64,000 bases of DNA from Octopus vulgaris (taxonomy: Eukaryota): NCBI GenBank assembly GCA_951406725.2, contig OX597817.1:69502001-69566000 (forward strand). The letters are read 5' to 3'. The notes under the pieces are model-generated. The model was not told where the DNA came from and did not search any database. It worked only from the letters and a program-made list of their open reading frames with translations. Position 1 is the first letter of the stretch; each line of letters starts with the position of its first letter. Shown one piece after another: positions 1-12,701 of the stretch. The translations under genes and the position numbers were made by a program.

Positions 1-84
1 TATAGCTGTCACTACTAATCATAATTGTTGTTGACTCTGTCACTGCCATCATTGAGGATGTCAGTGGCATTGGCGACAGCGTCA

Positions 85-660
85 TTATCATCATCATCAT
101 CATCTTTCAATGTTCCTTTTCCATGCTGGCATGGGTTGGATGGTCTGACCAGAGCTAGCAGAGAGCTGGGGAGCTGCACCAGGTTCCAGGCTTGGTTTCT
201 ACTGCTGAATGCCCTTCCTAATGCCAACCACTTTACAGTGGAGGCACATGGCCTAGTGGTTAGAGCAGCGTACTCGCGGTCGAGGGATCGCGGGTTCGAA
301 TCTCAGACCGGGTGATGTGTGTGTTTATGAGTGAAACACCTAAGCTCCACGTGGCTCCGGCAGAAGGTAATGGCAAAACTTCTGGTGACTCTTTCGCCAC
401 AACTTTCTCTCATTCTTTCCTCTTGCATCTTGCAGCTCACCTGCAACGGACCGGCGTCCTGTCCAGGTGGGGAACCTATACGCCAAGACACCGGGAAACC
501 GGCCCTTATGAGCCAGGCATGGCTCGAGAAGGAACAAACAAACCACTTTACAGAATGTGCTGGGTGCATTTTACATGGCACGAGCACAAGTTCTGGCACG
601 AGTGATTTTACATGGACTGGCACAGGTGCTTTTTACATGGATTAGCATGGGTGCTTTTTT
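85..660 (-). mobile_element. RTE-type 3'-tail repeat (SINE or LINE 3' UTR), interrupted by a younger SINE at 239-540
   Basis: Minus strand ends in CCAACCCATGCCAGCATGGAAAAG..(GAT)n and contains GGTTGGCATTAGGAAGGGCAT. The same sequence recurs at 14392, 29055, 61576 and 62626. Confidence 0.7.
239..540 (+). mobile_element. tRNA-derived SINE with Meta/V-like central domain
   Basis: A-box TGGCCTAGTGG, B-box GGTTCGAATCT, central ACCTGCAACGGACCGGCGTCCTGTCCAGG, (AAAC)n tail, exact 13-bp TSD AACCACTTTACAG at 226-238 and 541-553. Confidence 0.9.
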
Positions 661-1345
661 TTTACTTACATACTCCTTCATCACTTTCTTTTTTTTTTTT
701 TTTGCTTCAGTCATTGGGCTGTTGGTAGTAACATACCGAAAGGGTTTTGGTCAGTCATAATCACCCACGTACTGATTTTAAAGTCTGGTATAATTCATAC
801 CAGGGCCATCACTAAGCCCCTGTAACCCCTGTGGTCGCAGGGGCCCTACATGGTTGAGGGGCCCCCGTGTAAAGATCAAAGTATGTAGATGAGTCATCTA
901 TTTACTTTGGTTAAGATGTTGAATAAGAATTGAACTATGTTAACTGAAAATTAAAAAAAATAAAATGGTAATACAGTGTACCTGCAAAAGTTCTTGTAAA
1001 AATATTGCATTGTACCATGAACGTCCCTACCTAAATATGTTCTTTAGGATAACGTGAAATATTGAACTTCAGATAGAATAAAGTAAAATATAGCTATGAA
1101 TAAAAGGTACATAGATTATGAATTTTGATTGAAGGGATGGGGCCTCAAAACACATACCTGATTCATACATGCTCTATTTGTTAAACTCCTAAGTTACAGG
1201 ATATAAAAGTAAGACACTGTGTTTTTTCAAAAAGGCATTAACATAAAAATAAACACACAAACAGAAAATACAAACATATACACACGTGTGTGCAAACCTC
1301 TTCTAACAATACTTCTTTGTTATTTTCTTTGTGCTTCTTTCTCTC

Positions 1346-1388
<43 letters not shown>

Positions 1389-1883
1389 AATTATTTTTTT
1401 ATCTTGTTTCAATCATTGAAATTTCAGATATCTTTAGTGAGGTTCATTCTGTTGCAATAATCAAACTGGTCCTGAAAGTCAGTATGTCACTATTTCAGTG
1501 TGGTGGTCTTTATTGTACTCTTCCCCCCAGCACTTTCCTACATCCTCTTTCCACCTGTCTGTGAGGTCCAGCCAAGCAAAAGAAGGGGATGAGCACAGCC
1601 ATAACAAAATAACAGAGAGAATGAATGCTCAACACTGCATTCAGTGGGTAAATGTTCTTTATATGTGAATTGGCAATGTTACCAATGGTTTCATGTGGAG
1701 AAGATTTCCACAATTATTCAAGCATTCCACTCGAGAATGTTGGTAATTGCATTCATTTTGGATGAAACTATGTGAGATTACTTGACTTCATTTTGTGTGT
1801 GTGTGCACACGTGCACATGTGAGTCCCCTTGTCTTAACTTCACATGTTAAATCCCCATCATCATCATCATCATTATTATTATT

Positions 1884-2236
1884 ATTACCTCTGCCTTAAT
1901 GAAGGTGGAGGTATTATTTTCAGTCATGTTTCTTTGTTTGTTTGTCTGTGGACAAAATACCTCAAGAACCACTGGATGGATTCAGATGAAACTTTTGGGG
2001 AAGTTTGGCCTTGTAATTGGTACAAACTGATTAGATTTTGGGATTGATCCAGTACTGGACAAAGATTCTGGATTATTTTTCCTGTTTTTTTTTTACTTAA
2101 TTCTTGAGAGCGGTTGGGTTCAATTTTAGTATTCTCGTTTGTGAGAGCAATCGAGTTTATTTCAGATATTCTCATTTTAAAAATCATTGGCTAATCATTG
2201 AGAAGATGTTGGGTTTGCACTCACTGAGTGCTCTTC

Positions 2237-2240
<4 letters not shown>
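1884..2240 (+). mobile_element. Non-autonomous Helitron/Helentron-like element
   Basis: 5' hairpin ACCTCTGCCTT..AAGGTGGAGGT, then GTTTGTTTGTCTGT. 3' palindrome GCACTCA-C-TGAGTGC (2217-2231) followed by CTAT. Flanked by (TTA)n. Confidence 0.6.
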
Positions 2241-2272
<32 letters not shown>

Positions 2273-2703
2273 CATTATTATTATTATTATTATTGTTATT
2301 ATTATTATTAATCATTATAAATATGTTCTGGTTGGTTGGCTCCTGCTTTTGTTTGGACATTTTAATTTGTCATTCATTCTAATATATTTCACATTATGCA
2401 TAAAAAAATGCATGAAATCACATGCATTTTCACATACATACACACATATGCATATATACATGCATGCATACATACATACAATTTTGCTTCCGAAGAAGTG
2501 TGTTCATTCCTACTAATCTTGGTAATTCTTCCATTACTCCTAATTTAAGCAGGTCATCAGTTGACGTGTCCAGTCAAGGGAATATTTATGAGATGAATAA
2601 TTTTATAAATTACAAATAAATAAATAAATGACATTAACAAGTGAAAAAATAAGCCCCAAATTCTTTGCTGGCCTATTTAGAAGTTTTAGTTTTACATTGT
2701 GCA

Positions 2704-2746
<43 letters not shown>

Positions 2747-3804
2747 TTCTCTTTCTCTTTTATATATATATATTTATATATATAAAGTATGTTTTTAAGA
2801 ATACTTCACAATATATGGACTGTATTAAGAAATGCTCATTTAGGAAATCAGTACAAATTTGAAAGCATAATTTAAAACACACAACGAAATAAATATACAT
2901 ATAAATTTATAAATCAGAGAACAAAATTACATGTAAAAGTCGTATGTGGAAACTATGGATTATGTATGTTGGGTTTGGGTACCGAATAGAGGAGGGACAA
3001 ACAGAGAGATAAAAATTTGAGGTGAGGGCTTCCAAAAGGAACTGTTTGAATCGAATAAGAATAAGAGAGGAGAATGGTATCAAATATTGGTGGTAGTGTC
3101 ATCAATTACATCATTTTCCCAGTAAGAGCTTTGGTCTTGAGCCTATATCTAGAATTAATACTAATCTTTAGGGTCTTGGTTTGGCAGCAGACATATTTGA
3201 AATGGCACTTTGTGAACTACCAATTTTTTTTTTTTTTCCTGTTCTTCACATTCAGTCGAGACTTTATGAATCTGGAATTATTATTTTGCAATGTTAGAAA
3301 AAATTTCAAATGACATAAAATATTTAGCCAGTACAGTTATTGACAGAAAATCTCAAACAGGACACACAGTGTGAAACCTTGTATGGAATATATTGAATCT
3401 AAGAGCCACATACACCTCTGCCAGGTAAGAACATCACTTATAAAACTTCATCTATTTTATTAAAACAAAACAAAAAAACAAAAATATATATATATATATA
3501 TATATAAAAAACACTAGCCAAAAGCTTTCATAAGACTTCTTTAATTATTGTATTTCTTGTGGAATATACAAAGAAGAGAACAATAGAAGTCTGTTACTTT
3601 TGGTTTCCCAGTTACATTTGTAAGGATATCTGCTCTCCAGTCATATCTCTGGTGTTAGTTACTCTCTTTTTCTTCTTTTTCCTCCTTTTCTTCCTCTTTT
3701 TTCCTTTTCGTCTTCCTCCATCTCTTCTTTTCCCCTTCTTAGTTTTCCTCCTTTTCTTCTTCTTGTTTTTGCAATAGAATATACTAGTTTTTTTTACTTT
3801 ATCT

Positions 3805-3902
3805 ATGTATGTATGTATGTATGTATGTATGTATGTATGTATGTATGTATGTATGTATGTATGTATGTATGTATGTATGTATGTATCTATCTATCTATCT
3901 AA

Positions 3903-3986
<84 letters not shown>

Positions 3987-4005
3987 TTATTTATTTATTT
4001 ATCTA
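3805..4005. repeat. Compound microsatellite (TATG)n-(TATC)n-(TATT)n
   Basis: Directly visible tetranucleotide arrays. Confidence 0.98.
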
Positions 4006-4699
4006 TTTTTGTAAAGCACAGAATTTTCTCGAACAAAGAACAAAAGATCACACCATCTACAACAGTCAAGTCTGGACATTGACCATCTACTAACACTGCT
4101 ATCTCTGCAACAAGTCAAGAGAGAGAGAGAGAATGAGTTTTTCACATAATTGCTTGATTTCCTACAAATAGTAAATAAATCTCCCTAAAATCTCACCAGT
4201 ACTGTCTTAAGCTTAAATAAAAATAATGGTTAGATTCACACTGGATGATGTTGCCACAGATAAGAAGGAACAGTTACAACTAGGCTTGAATGTCTTTGAT
4301 TATGGGCCTCATCAATTATGGTTAGCTTTGGGAAAGGGTTGAAGAGGGTTAAACAATAACTATCCCCAGCACTACCACCACAACCATCATCACCATGACC
4401 ACCACCATCACAGTTGTTTCTACCATTTCTACTATTTTCACTATACATACCATCAATACCATCATAATTAGTCAATCCTATCACCATCACAATCAACAAC
4501 ATTATACCTGAGCTAATGAGGGAGCTTCTATGTGGTTGCATGGCATGCCAGAAATAGCAGTGAAATTTCTTTCAAATCACAGTCATATTGTTTTCTTTTT
4601 TTTAAATAGATACAGTGGACAATGTAGTCCTGGATACTCTTAAAACTACAGGATGGTCATCTTTGGAATGTCTATGATCATCATACTGCATGATCAGTG

Positions 4700-5110
4700 T
4701 TTGTTTAGAGGTAAGAAGCTTGCTTCCAAACCACATGGTTGTAGGTTCAGTTTCACTGTGTTGTACTTTGGACAAGTATGTTCTCCAGAGTCCAGGCCAA
4801 CTAAAGCCTTGCAAATGGATTTGGTAAATGGAAACTGAAAGAAACCCATTGTATGTACAAGTGTGTGTGTGTGAGTGTGAATGTGTGTTTCTGTGCATCT
4901 TTGTATTGACATGATGACAAACAAGCAGCATTATCACAGAAGTGATGTTGCTTGTGGCCAGTCTTTCATGAAAAACATGTCTGGCCATGAAGAAATACTA
5001 ATTTGCTAGGAAACAGGTGAGGGTTGGTGACAGAAAGAGCATCCAGTCACAGAAAATCTGCTTCAGCAAATTTCATCTGACCCATACAAACATAGTAAAA
5101 TGGATGATGA
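4700..5110 (+). mobile_element. tRNA-derived SINE (family A head, RTE-type tail)
   Basis: Head GGTAAGAAGCTTGCTTCC..GGTTCAG..GGACAAGT, body GGATTTGGTAAATGGAAACTGAAAGAA, internal (TG)n, tail GACCCATAC..CATAG..(GAT)n. Confidence 0.7.
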
Positions 5111-5470
5111 TGCTACTGTTGCCAACATCACCAATGCCATAGATGCCGATGCCACCAACGGCACTGATGCTGATGCCACCATCGCCAATGCTGATGTCAC
5201 TGATGCAGATGCTGATGCCACAGATGCTGTTGATGCCACCGACCTCAAGGCCACTGACACTGATGCTACCCATGCCAACATCACCAATGCTGATGCCATC
5301 AATGCTGACGCCACTGACGCCACCAACACCACCAACACCACTGATGTCACCGATGCCAACGCCACTGATGCCAATGCTACCAACACCAATGCCACTAGTG
5401 CATTGACACCAATGCCATTAATGCCACCGATGCTGCCAAAGCTGCCAACCTTGACACTGACAATGATGAC
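5100..5470. repeat. Cryptic trinucleotide (GAT/GCC/ACC/AAC) low-complexity array
   Basis: Degenerate triplet repeats continuing from the (GAT)n SINE tail, open in several frames. Confidence 0.8.
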
Positions 5471-6296
5471 GATGACATTGTTGAGTAATTCTTAGACAGA
5501 AATAAACTCTCTTCCCACATAGGCAACTAACTTAAGATTTTGGCAAGGAAGGAAATAGCTGGTTTTCCAAACCTGATACATGACTGACATTTCTTTTATC
5601 CACCCCACCTCTCCAAGAAGAATGGAAATCAAAAACTTGAATTTGTTGAGATTTGAACTCTTACTGGAAAAGATCGTAAATATATATTACTCGAAATTTT
5701 GTTTGGTGCTTTAACTATTCTACCAATCCACCCCACAGAAGCATCGTCTACCATTTCTATTACAGACTTTCATCGATAGATCAACGGACAGGAATAAAAC
5801 TTTGGTAAAGTCATGAAAACTAAGATTAAATGAAACCTGCTTCGAATGTACAAGGAATCAAACATTTAACCAATTAAACTACATTGATTTATTGGTGCTT
5901 CTTCTTGGAGCGAGGACAGAATCTACGAGTTTAATTTGTACATCAAGATAGTAATGTCTCTCTTTCCAGCAGCTGGGTTTTATTCTGACATGTCAATAGA
6001 AAATTGTGTGAGATGAGATGCTGAGAGTTAAACAAAAATTTATAATAATGGCTGCAGTTATGGCTCTGTGTTCAAAAAGTTTACTTCGCAGCTGTGTGTT
6101 TTGAGGTTCCATCCCACTCTACCGGACCTTTAGCCAAGTGTCTTCTACATTAGCCTCAAACTGGTCAATATCATGTAAGTAAAACTGGTTGGTGAAAACT
6201 GTGTGGAAACCCAGTCTGTCAGTGTATGTATATGTTATATTTGACCGCTAACTCAAAAAGATCTTTTATTCTCTCCCTGTTTATTTCCTCATGTTC

Positions 6297-6332
6297 CTTT
6301 CTGTTGAAGAGCATAGGCTCAAAACGTAAAAG
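6297..6332 (+). ncRNA. Degenerate minimal hammerhead ribozyme in a probable Penelope pLTR fragment (~6262-6420)
   Basis: CTTT-CTGTTGAA-GAGC-atag-GCTC-aAAA-CG-TA-AAAG. Related downstream sequence at ~15925-16030 (-) and ~51535-51630 (+). Confidence 0.5.
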
Positions 6333-6503
6333 ATTTTTCACCTTCCCAAGCATCAAATTAAAACACCTGCTTGTTTATACACCAGTCTACATCTTTTGTA
6401 TTTCTAGAAAATTCAATAATATATACATATGATGATGATGATGATATATATAAACTGTTTGACCCATACCAGCATGGAAAACAGACATTAAATGATGGTG
6501 ATG

Positions 6504-6545
<42 letters not shown>

Positions 6546-6936
6546 CATCACCATCATTTAATGACCGTTTTCCATGCTGGTGTGGGTCGGACAGTTTGAC
6601 TGAGAAATGGTAAACTGGGGAGCTGCACTAGGTTCCATAGGTAATGGCTACCATATGCTATCATATAACTGGAATTCTCCTTTTACTATTTATAGATGTG
6701 GAAATCTGTTATTATCTGCAGAATTCATAGAAAAAATTCTATAATACAGCAAGATGGAATGAACAAGCTTTAATCCAAATATATATATGTTTGTATGTGT
6801 GTGTGTGTGTGTGTGTACATATACATACATACATACACACACACAAACATATATATATAGTAAATTCAAATAAACAGACAATAATAATTGTATTAGCTTG
6901 ATGATTGGTAAAAGGAGAGAATTTAATGTTTTGAGT

Positions 6937-6998
<62 letters not shown>

Positions 6999-7071
6999 TG
7001 CAGCCTTTGGCTTCCCAGAACCCGGTCGAACCGTCCACCACTAGCATGGAGAACGGACACGATGATGATGA

Positions 7072-7142
<71 letters not shown>

Positions 7143-7829
7143 TATATATACATGCACATACACATATATACATACATATATGCATACATGAATACATAAC
7201 ACCTTCTCTCCTCCCCTTTAATTTTTATTGTCATTTTCTCTTCTGCTGATAGAAGAGCATGATTTGACAGAGAGTTTGGCTTCTATTTCTGGCAAAAGGG
7301 CTTCATGGTTCAGTATTATAAAAGAAAATATGCCTATTCTCTATAAGAAGGTGAGATGTGATTTTAAGGAAATTTGACTGTTATTTCTAGCAGACTTAAC
7401 AACCCCATAAAGACTTGCATGCTGACATGTTAAGATAGCAGCCTTTTGTGAATTTAATAATGAAACAGGTATCTGGATTTTAATTAATCAAAGAAATAGA
7501 AATTAAAGGAAAAAGTAATTTAAAAAAAGGGAAACTAAGGATGGCGTGGGTGTATAATCACTCGTAAGATCCATTAGAAAATGCTTCCACCACCACTACC
7601 ACCATGACCACCACCATCGACATCAATATCAAAGAGAGAATCTCCAAATGGTTACTCGAAGAGAGAGAAATAGTACCCAAATCTCTCTAATCACACATAG
7701 CTTAGTGTCTTAAAGCAAACAATGGTGTTCCTTGATATAGAAAAGAACAGAATTGTCAAGTTTGACTTGAATGATTTCCACTGAGGTCCTGCTTGACCAG
7801 ATATGACCTTGCATTAACAACAACATTAA

Positions 7830-7844
7830 CATCATCACTGTCAT

Positions 7845-7876
<32 letters not shown>

Positions 7877-8195
7877 CCACCACCACCACCACCACCAACA
7901 CCACAACCACCAGTGTCATCATCATCACCATTGTTATTATCGCCATCATCATCATCATCATCATCATCAAAATTGTCATCATCACCATCATATCATCATC
8001 ACCATCATCATTGTCATCGTCATCACCACTATCACCACCACCACAACCACCACCACTATCATCATCACCACTATCACCACCACCACTATCATCATCACCA
8101 CTATCACCACCACCACTATCATCATCACCACTATTACCACCACCACCGCTGCCGCTGCCACCGCCACCACCACCACCACCATCATCATCATTAGC
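7830..8195. repeat. (CAT)n/(CAC)n/(CAG)n compound microsatellite
   Basis: Visible triplet arrays, which explain the poly-His, poly-Pro and poly-Ser ORFs. Confidence 0.95.
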
Positions 8196-8537
8196 ACCAG
8201 CATAATATCTCAGCAGTTATTTTAAACCTCTGTTGAATTCTCCATTGTGAGCTTTTTATTTCAAAGATGTTGCAGTGTATTAAATCATCATCATCATCAG
8301 CATCATCATTGTTTTAACATTTACTTTTCCAGGCTCACACAAGTCAGATGGAATTTGTTAAGGTAGATTTTCCCACAGCCAGATACTCTTCCTGTTGCCA
8401 ACCATCACCTATTTCTCAATAAGGTAACATTACCCATGGCCCGACACATTTTCTCAGAAAATTGGAAATGAAAGACTTTGGTAATGCTCATTTACTACCA
8501 TGATGCAATATCAGGGCTACAAGACACTAACACACAT

Positions 8538-8595
<58 letters not shown>

Positions 8596-8977
8596 GCAGG
8601 CATGGCTGGGTAGTAAGAAGCTTGCTTCCCAACCACATACTTCCAGGTTCAGTCCCATTGTGTGACACCTTGGGCAAGTGTCTTGCCTTGGGCTGACCAA
8701 AGTCATGTGAGTAGATTTGGTAGACGAAAGCTGAAAGAAGCCTGTCATATATGTGTGTGTGTGTGTATGTGTGTGTATTTGTGTGCCTGTGTTTGTCCTC
8801 CCACCATCACTTGACAACCGATGTTGGTGTGTTTACATCCCTGTAACATAGTGGTTTGGCAAAAGAAGCCAATAGAATAAGTACTAAGCTTGCAAAGAAT
8901 GAGTCCTGGAGTCAATTTGTTTGAGTAAAAGTGCTGCTCCAGCATGACTAGTCAAATCACTGAAATAAGTCAAAGAA
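8596..8977 (+). mobile_element. Abundant tRNA-derived SINE, family A
   Basis: GCAGGCATGGCTG..GGTTCAGTCCC..CACCTTGGGCAAGTGTCTT head, internal (TG)n, tail CTCCAGCATG..CTGAAATAAGT. Many copies in the window. Confidence 0.85.
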
Positions 8978-9005
8978 TATATATACTTGTATACATATAT
9001 ATGAT

Positions 9006-9434
9006 GTGCCACGCACAAAAAATTCAGCAGAACTGTCAGATTTTCAAAGACATCGTATTGTTGGGCAAACTGAGGCTGGTCTTAGCTAGTGAAAAATTAC
9101 CGAAAATCTTCAAATTCCTCTTGCTACTGTTAATAGAATTATAGTGCAATTCAAAAGCCAAGGAAAAGAATCAACAGATTCTTGTCCCAGCCATCCTGGG
9201 CCCTTGGAAAGGAAACTTCACTGTTTGAAGACAATTGTGGAAAACGAACCCCGTTTGAAGGCTTCTGACATTACAAAACAGCTAGAAGTTAGTCCAAGAA
9301 CGTGTGTTACATATCTGCATAAGCTTGGGTATTATAGACGAGCAGCTAGAAGAAAACCTCTCCTTCAACCAATTAATAACAAATAAAAAAATTTGAAAAT
9401 TAAAGGTGTCTATTTACTTCCTGCATGTCTGTGT
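9006..9434 (+). pseudogene. Tc1-family transposase N-terminal fragment, internally deleted
   Basis: Reads [52 protein letters not shown], matching the Tc1 paired HTH region and the ARKKPLL motif, with two in-frame stops. Confidence 0.8.
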
Positions 9435-9749
9435 GTATATAGCTTGTGACTAAAAGTTTGGAACATTTAAAAAAAAATCAAACTTGTTATGGCCAAATAC
9501 AAACTCTATCAGGTGGCTTTTAAACTAGCTTCTGTGGGGGGCTCTTCATTGGGCCTTGAGTCCAATAATGATACTTCATGCATTGAGTACGTAATCTTAA
9601 TCTTTTAATCTTTTACTTATTTTAGTCATTTAACTGCAGTCATATATGTTGACTTGGAACTTATTACAAAGCTTCATGATAAACAACATTTTTTGTCTTC
9701 CCATATGGTGAGTCAGTACAATTTTTTTTCTGTCAAACCTCTTTCATTC

Positions 9750-9798
<49 letters not shown>

Positions 9799-10077
9799 GT
9801 TGTTTTCAACCATCATCATCACCAGTACAACCACCATTGCCACGACAATTGCCATAGACACACCATTCAGACTTTTGATGCCACCATCATCAACACCTTT
9901 GACTTTGCCACCTTTCTCTCCACCACCATCACCACTGTCTTAGTATCACCATCATGCTTGACTGCCTCAGCTACCACCACCACCACCACCACCACCGCCA
10001 TCATCACTGTTGCCTTCCCCTCTATCACAACTACAGCTCATACTAATACTATCACCACATTACCATCTCAACTATCA

Positions 10078-10220
10078 ATCTACTACCACCCTCACCATCT
10101 CTATGCCTACTATTACTCTCACCCCAGCAAGAGGAATAGAAGAAGTGTCATTGAATAGTGAGAGAGGAGGTCAAAGTGTGACACACGGACACACAGAAAT
10201 TCGTCTTGGCAGTTATAATC
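10078..10220 (+). mobile_element. Helitron-like 3' fragment, second copy at 20090-20250
   Basis: Shared CCCTCACCATCTCTATGCCTACTATTACTCTCACC..GGTCAAAGTGTGACACAC..CACACAGAAATTCGT. The 20-kb copy ends TTTATTATATTAGAT. Confidence 0.45.
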
Positions 10221-10224
10221 ACAC

Positions 10225-10266
<42 letters not shown>

Positions 10267-10868
10267 GATGGGCCCCTTTCAGTGTCCGTCTCCCAAATCA
10301 CCTCACAAAGCTTTGGTTGGCTCTGGGTTATAGTAGAAGACACTTGCCCAAGGTGCCACACAGTGGGACTGAGCCTAGAACCATGTGGTTAGTAAGCAAA
10401 TTTCTTACCACACAGCCATGCCTGCACCAAGAGCCATACTTGTGTATGATATTTGGCCTTGAGGGAAGACTGACAGTTGCTTATGGGTGTGAGCCTTCCC
10501 CCTCAGTACTACTGATGTTTATTCAAAGAAAATACCAATATCTTGGATAAGACAGCTTAATATATACTGCAGAAGATCTTGCCTGGCTCTTTAACACTTC
10601 CACTAGCTTTACCACTTCGGGTTGTTACTTTTTCTGATTTGATTAAATTTATTTTTTATTTTTTTTTGCATTGTTGACCCTGAAAGGATCAATGTTAAGT
10701 GAAGTTGACCTAGGCAAGATTGAACTCAGGGTACAAAATGTTGGAACAAATTATCACAAATCAGTCTATCTGATTACTCGGCCAATTCACCACCTTCAAA
10801 GTGTCATCATCATCACCACCACCACCAACAACAACAACACCACCATCATTATATCAGCAACCAACACT

Positions 10869-10902
<34 letters not shown>

Positions 10903-11320
10903 CCACCACCACTACCACCACCATCATCATCATCTGTGTGAGCATAGAAATATCTCATTATGTATGTTTGTGTATATATGTATGTATCTCATAGACCGCT
11001 TCATAATCTCTTTCATTCACTTATTATCTCATTTTCTTTCTCTCTCTCACTCTCTCTCCCACTGCATTACTCTGTCCTGCTTAATCAACTCCTTTTCTCT
11101 CCGCCTTTCTCTCATCCATCTTTCACTCCCTCTGTCTCTATCTCTCCTTCCTCTCCAGTGCCAATCTATGAACCAAACATTGGTTAGAGTTCATTTTCAA
11201 TTATAAAACTTGATTGGACAAGGATTCTCTGACAATAGCCAAGATGAAAATTATTGTCATCTAAAATAGGAACATGATGTGTGTATGTATATATATATAT
11301 ATATATATATATACACAAAA

Positions 11321-11355
<35 letters not shown>

Positions 11356-12497
11356 ATATATATATGTATATATGTGTATATGTGTTATACCTGAGTGTTA
11401 GTGAGTCTACGGGTGTGCGCATATATATATATATATATATATATAATGTATAAATTTATATCTGCATGTTTGTGTGTATAAGTGTTTGTGCACATATGTA
11501 TGGATGTATGTATGATTTCATATGTTTGTATATGTGTGTGTGTGTATGTGTGCCAGTGGGAGTGGTTGTAACCAATTTCCACAGATAAATTAGAACTAGA
11601 ATTAGATTTCTTCTCAAAATTACCTCGGTTCTGATTTCATTGTGTATTTATGTACAACCATATATGTGTGCCTGAGAAAGAGCATGTGTGTATGTGTGCG
11701 TGTGTGTGGAAATGTTGTGTGTGTGTATTAATATTTGTTAGTGTGTTCATGTGTGTAAGAATTCCTTTATGCTGCTTTCATTGCGTCTTTTCTTCATCTT
11801 TCATCGTTTATGTTTATATTCAATTTTTGTCTTTTGCTTGTTTCAGTCATTAGACTGCAGCCCATACTTGTTTTGTTGTTTGTTTGTTTTGGTTTTGTTT
11901 TTGTTTTTCAAAAATCTGGTGCTCATCCTATTGGTCTGTTTTGCTGAAATGTTAAGTTAATGGGAGGTAAAGAAACCACCACCAGTTCTAAAGCTGTGAT
12001 GGGGGACCAACATAAACACTCACACACACAAATACAAACACACACACACACACACACATATCAGAGACATGCCTCCTGGGTAGGCAAGGTAAGCAGTGCC
12101 TACCTTGAATAAAATAGATCAATAGCAACATTTTCCTTTTATGGCAAAATATGCACCTAATTCAATAAAATTATAAAGGTTACTCTGATTAATATGCATA
12201 AAATGCAAATTATTTTATCCATTTATAGATTAGGCATAATTTGCCCCTGCTTTTCAATCTCAGTATTTAAGCTATGTATAGTGCTGCTGTAGTACACCTG
12301 CTGTGTACATTCTTACAACACTATTTTCTTTACTTGCTATAAAGGCAGAAATAGATCTGTCTTCAACTCAGTTGTGCACCTATATTTTGCTTATTTTTTG
12401 TGTGTTTTACTACATAAAGGTCACCAACTGCCTATCCTGAGTAATTACTGACAGCACATGCCTGATATATATATATGTAATTACATATATATATATA

Positions 12498-12658
12498 CTG
12501 TTGTGTCTGGGGAGTGTCATTTTCTTTTTGTGCCTTATAATTTAACACACTCACCAGTATAAAGCACAAAAAGAAAATGACTCTCCCCAGACACAACAGA
12601 ATATACTTCAACACACAAACTCACATAGAGAATCTTGCAAACCAAATCTAAAAATGAA

Positions 12659-12659
<1 letters not shown>
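12498..12659. mobile_element. Fold-back insert in (TA)n, probable Penelope inverted-pLTR remnant
   Basis: 42-bp arms (12498-12539 and 12558-12599, 2 mismatches) plus a ~60-nt tail similar to that of the 15.3-kb fold-back. Confidence 0.6.

Positions 12660-12701
<42 letters not shown>

Noticed and set aside
240-312. tRNA gene
   Set aside because: The tRNA-like sequence runs into a SINE body and tail bounded by a TSD, and there is no closing acceptor stem or poly-T terminator.
801-870. hAT-like terminus CAGGGCC..GGGGCCC (a similar start at ~12062)
   Set aside because: No matching opposite end or TSD found, so the element cannot be delimited.
3805-4093. MYVC/IYLS/YI/HT-repeat ORFs here and throughout the window
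   Set aside because: These are translations of stop-free microsatellites.
5100-5495. Asp/Ala/Thr-rich ORF resembling an antifreeze or ice-binding repeat protein
   Set aside because: It grows out of a SINE (GAT)n tail, is open in several frames on both strands and has no gene structure.
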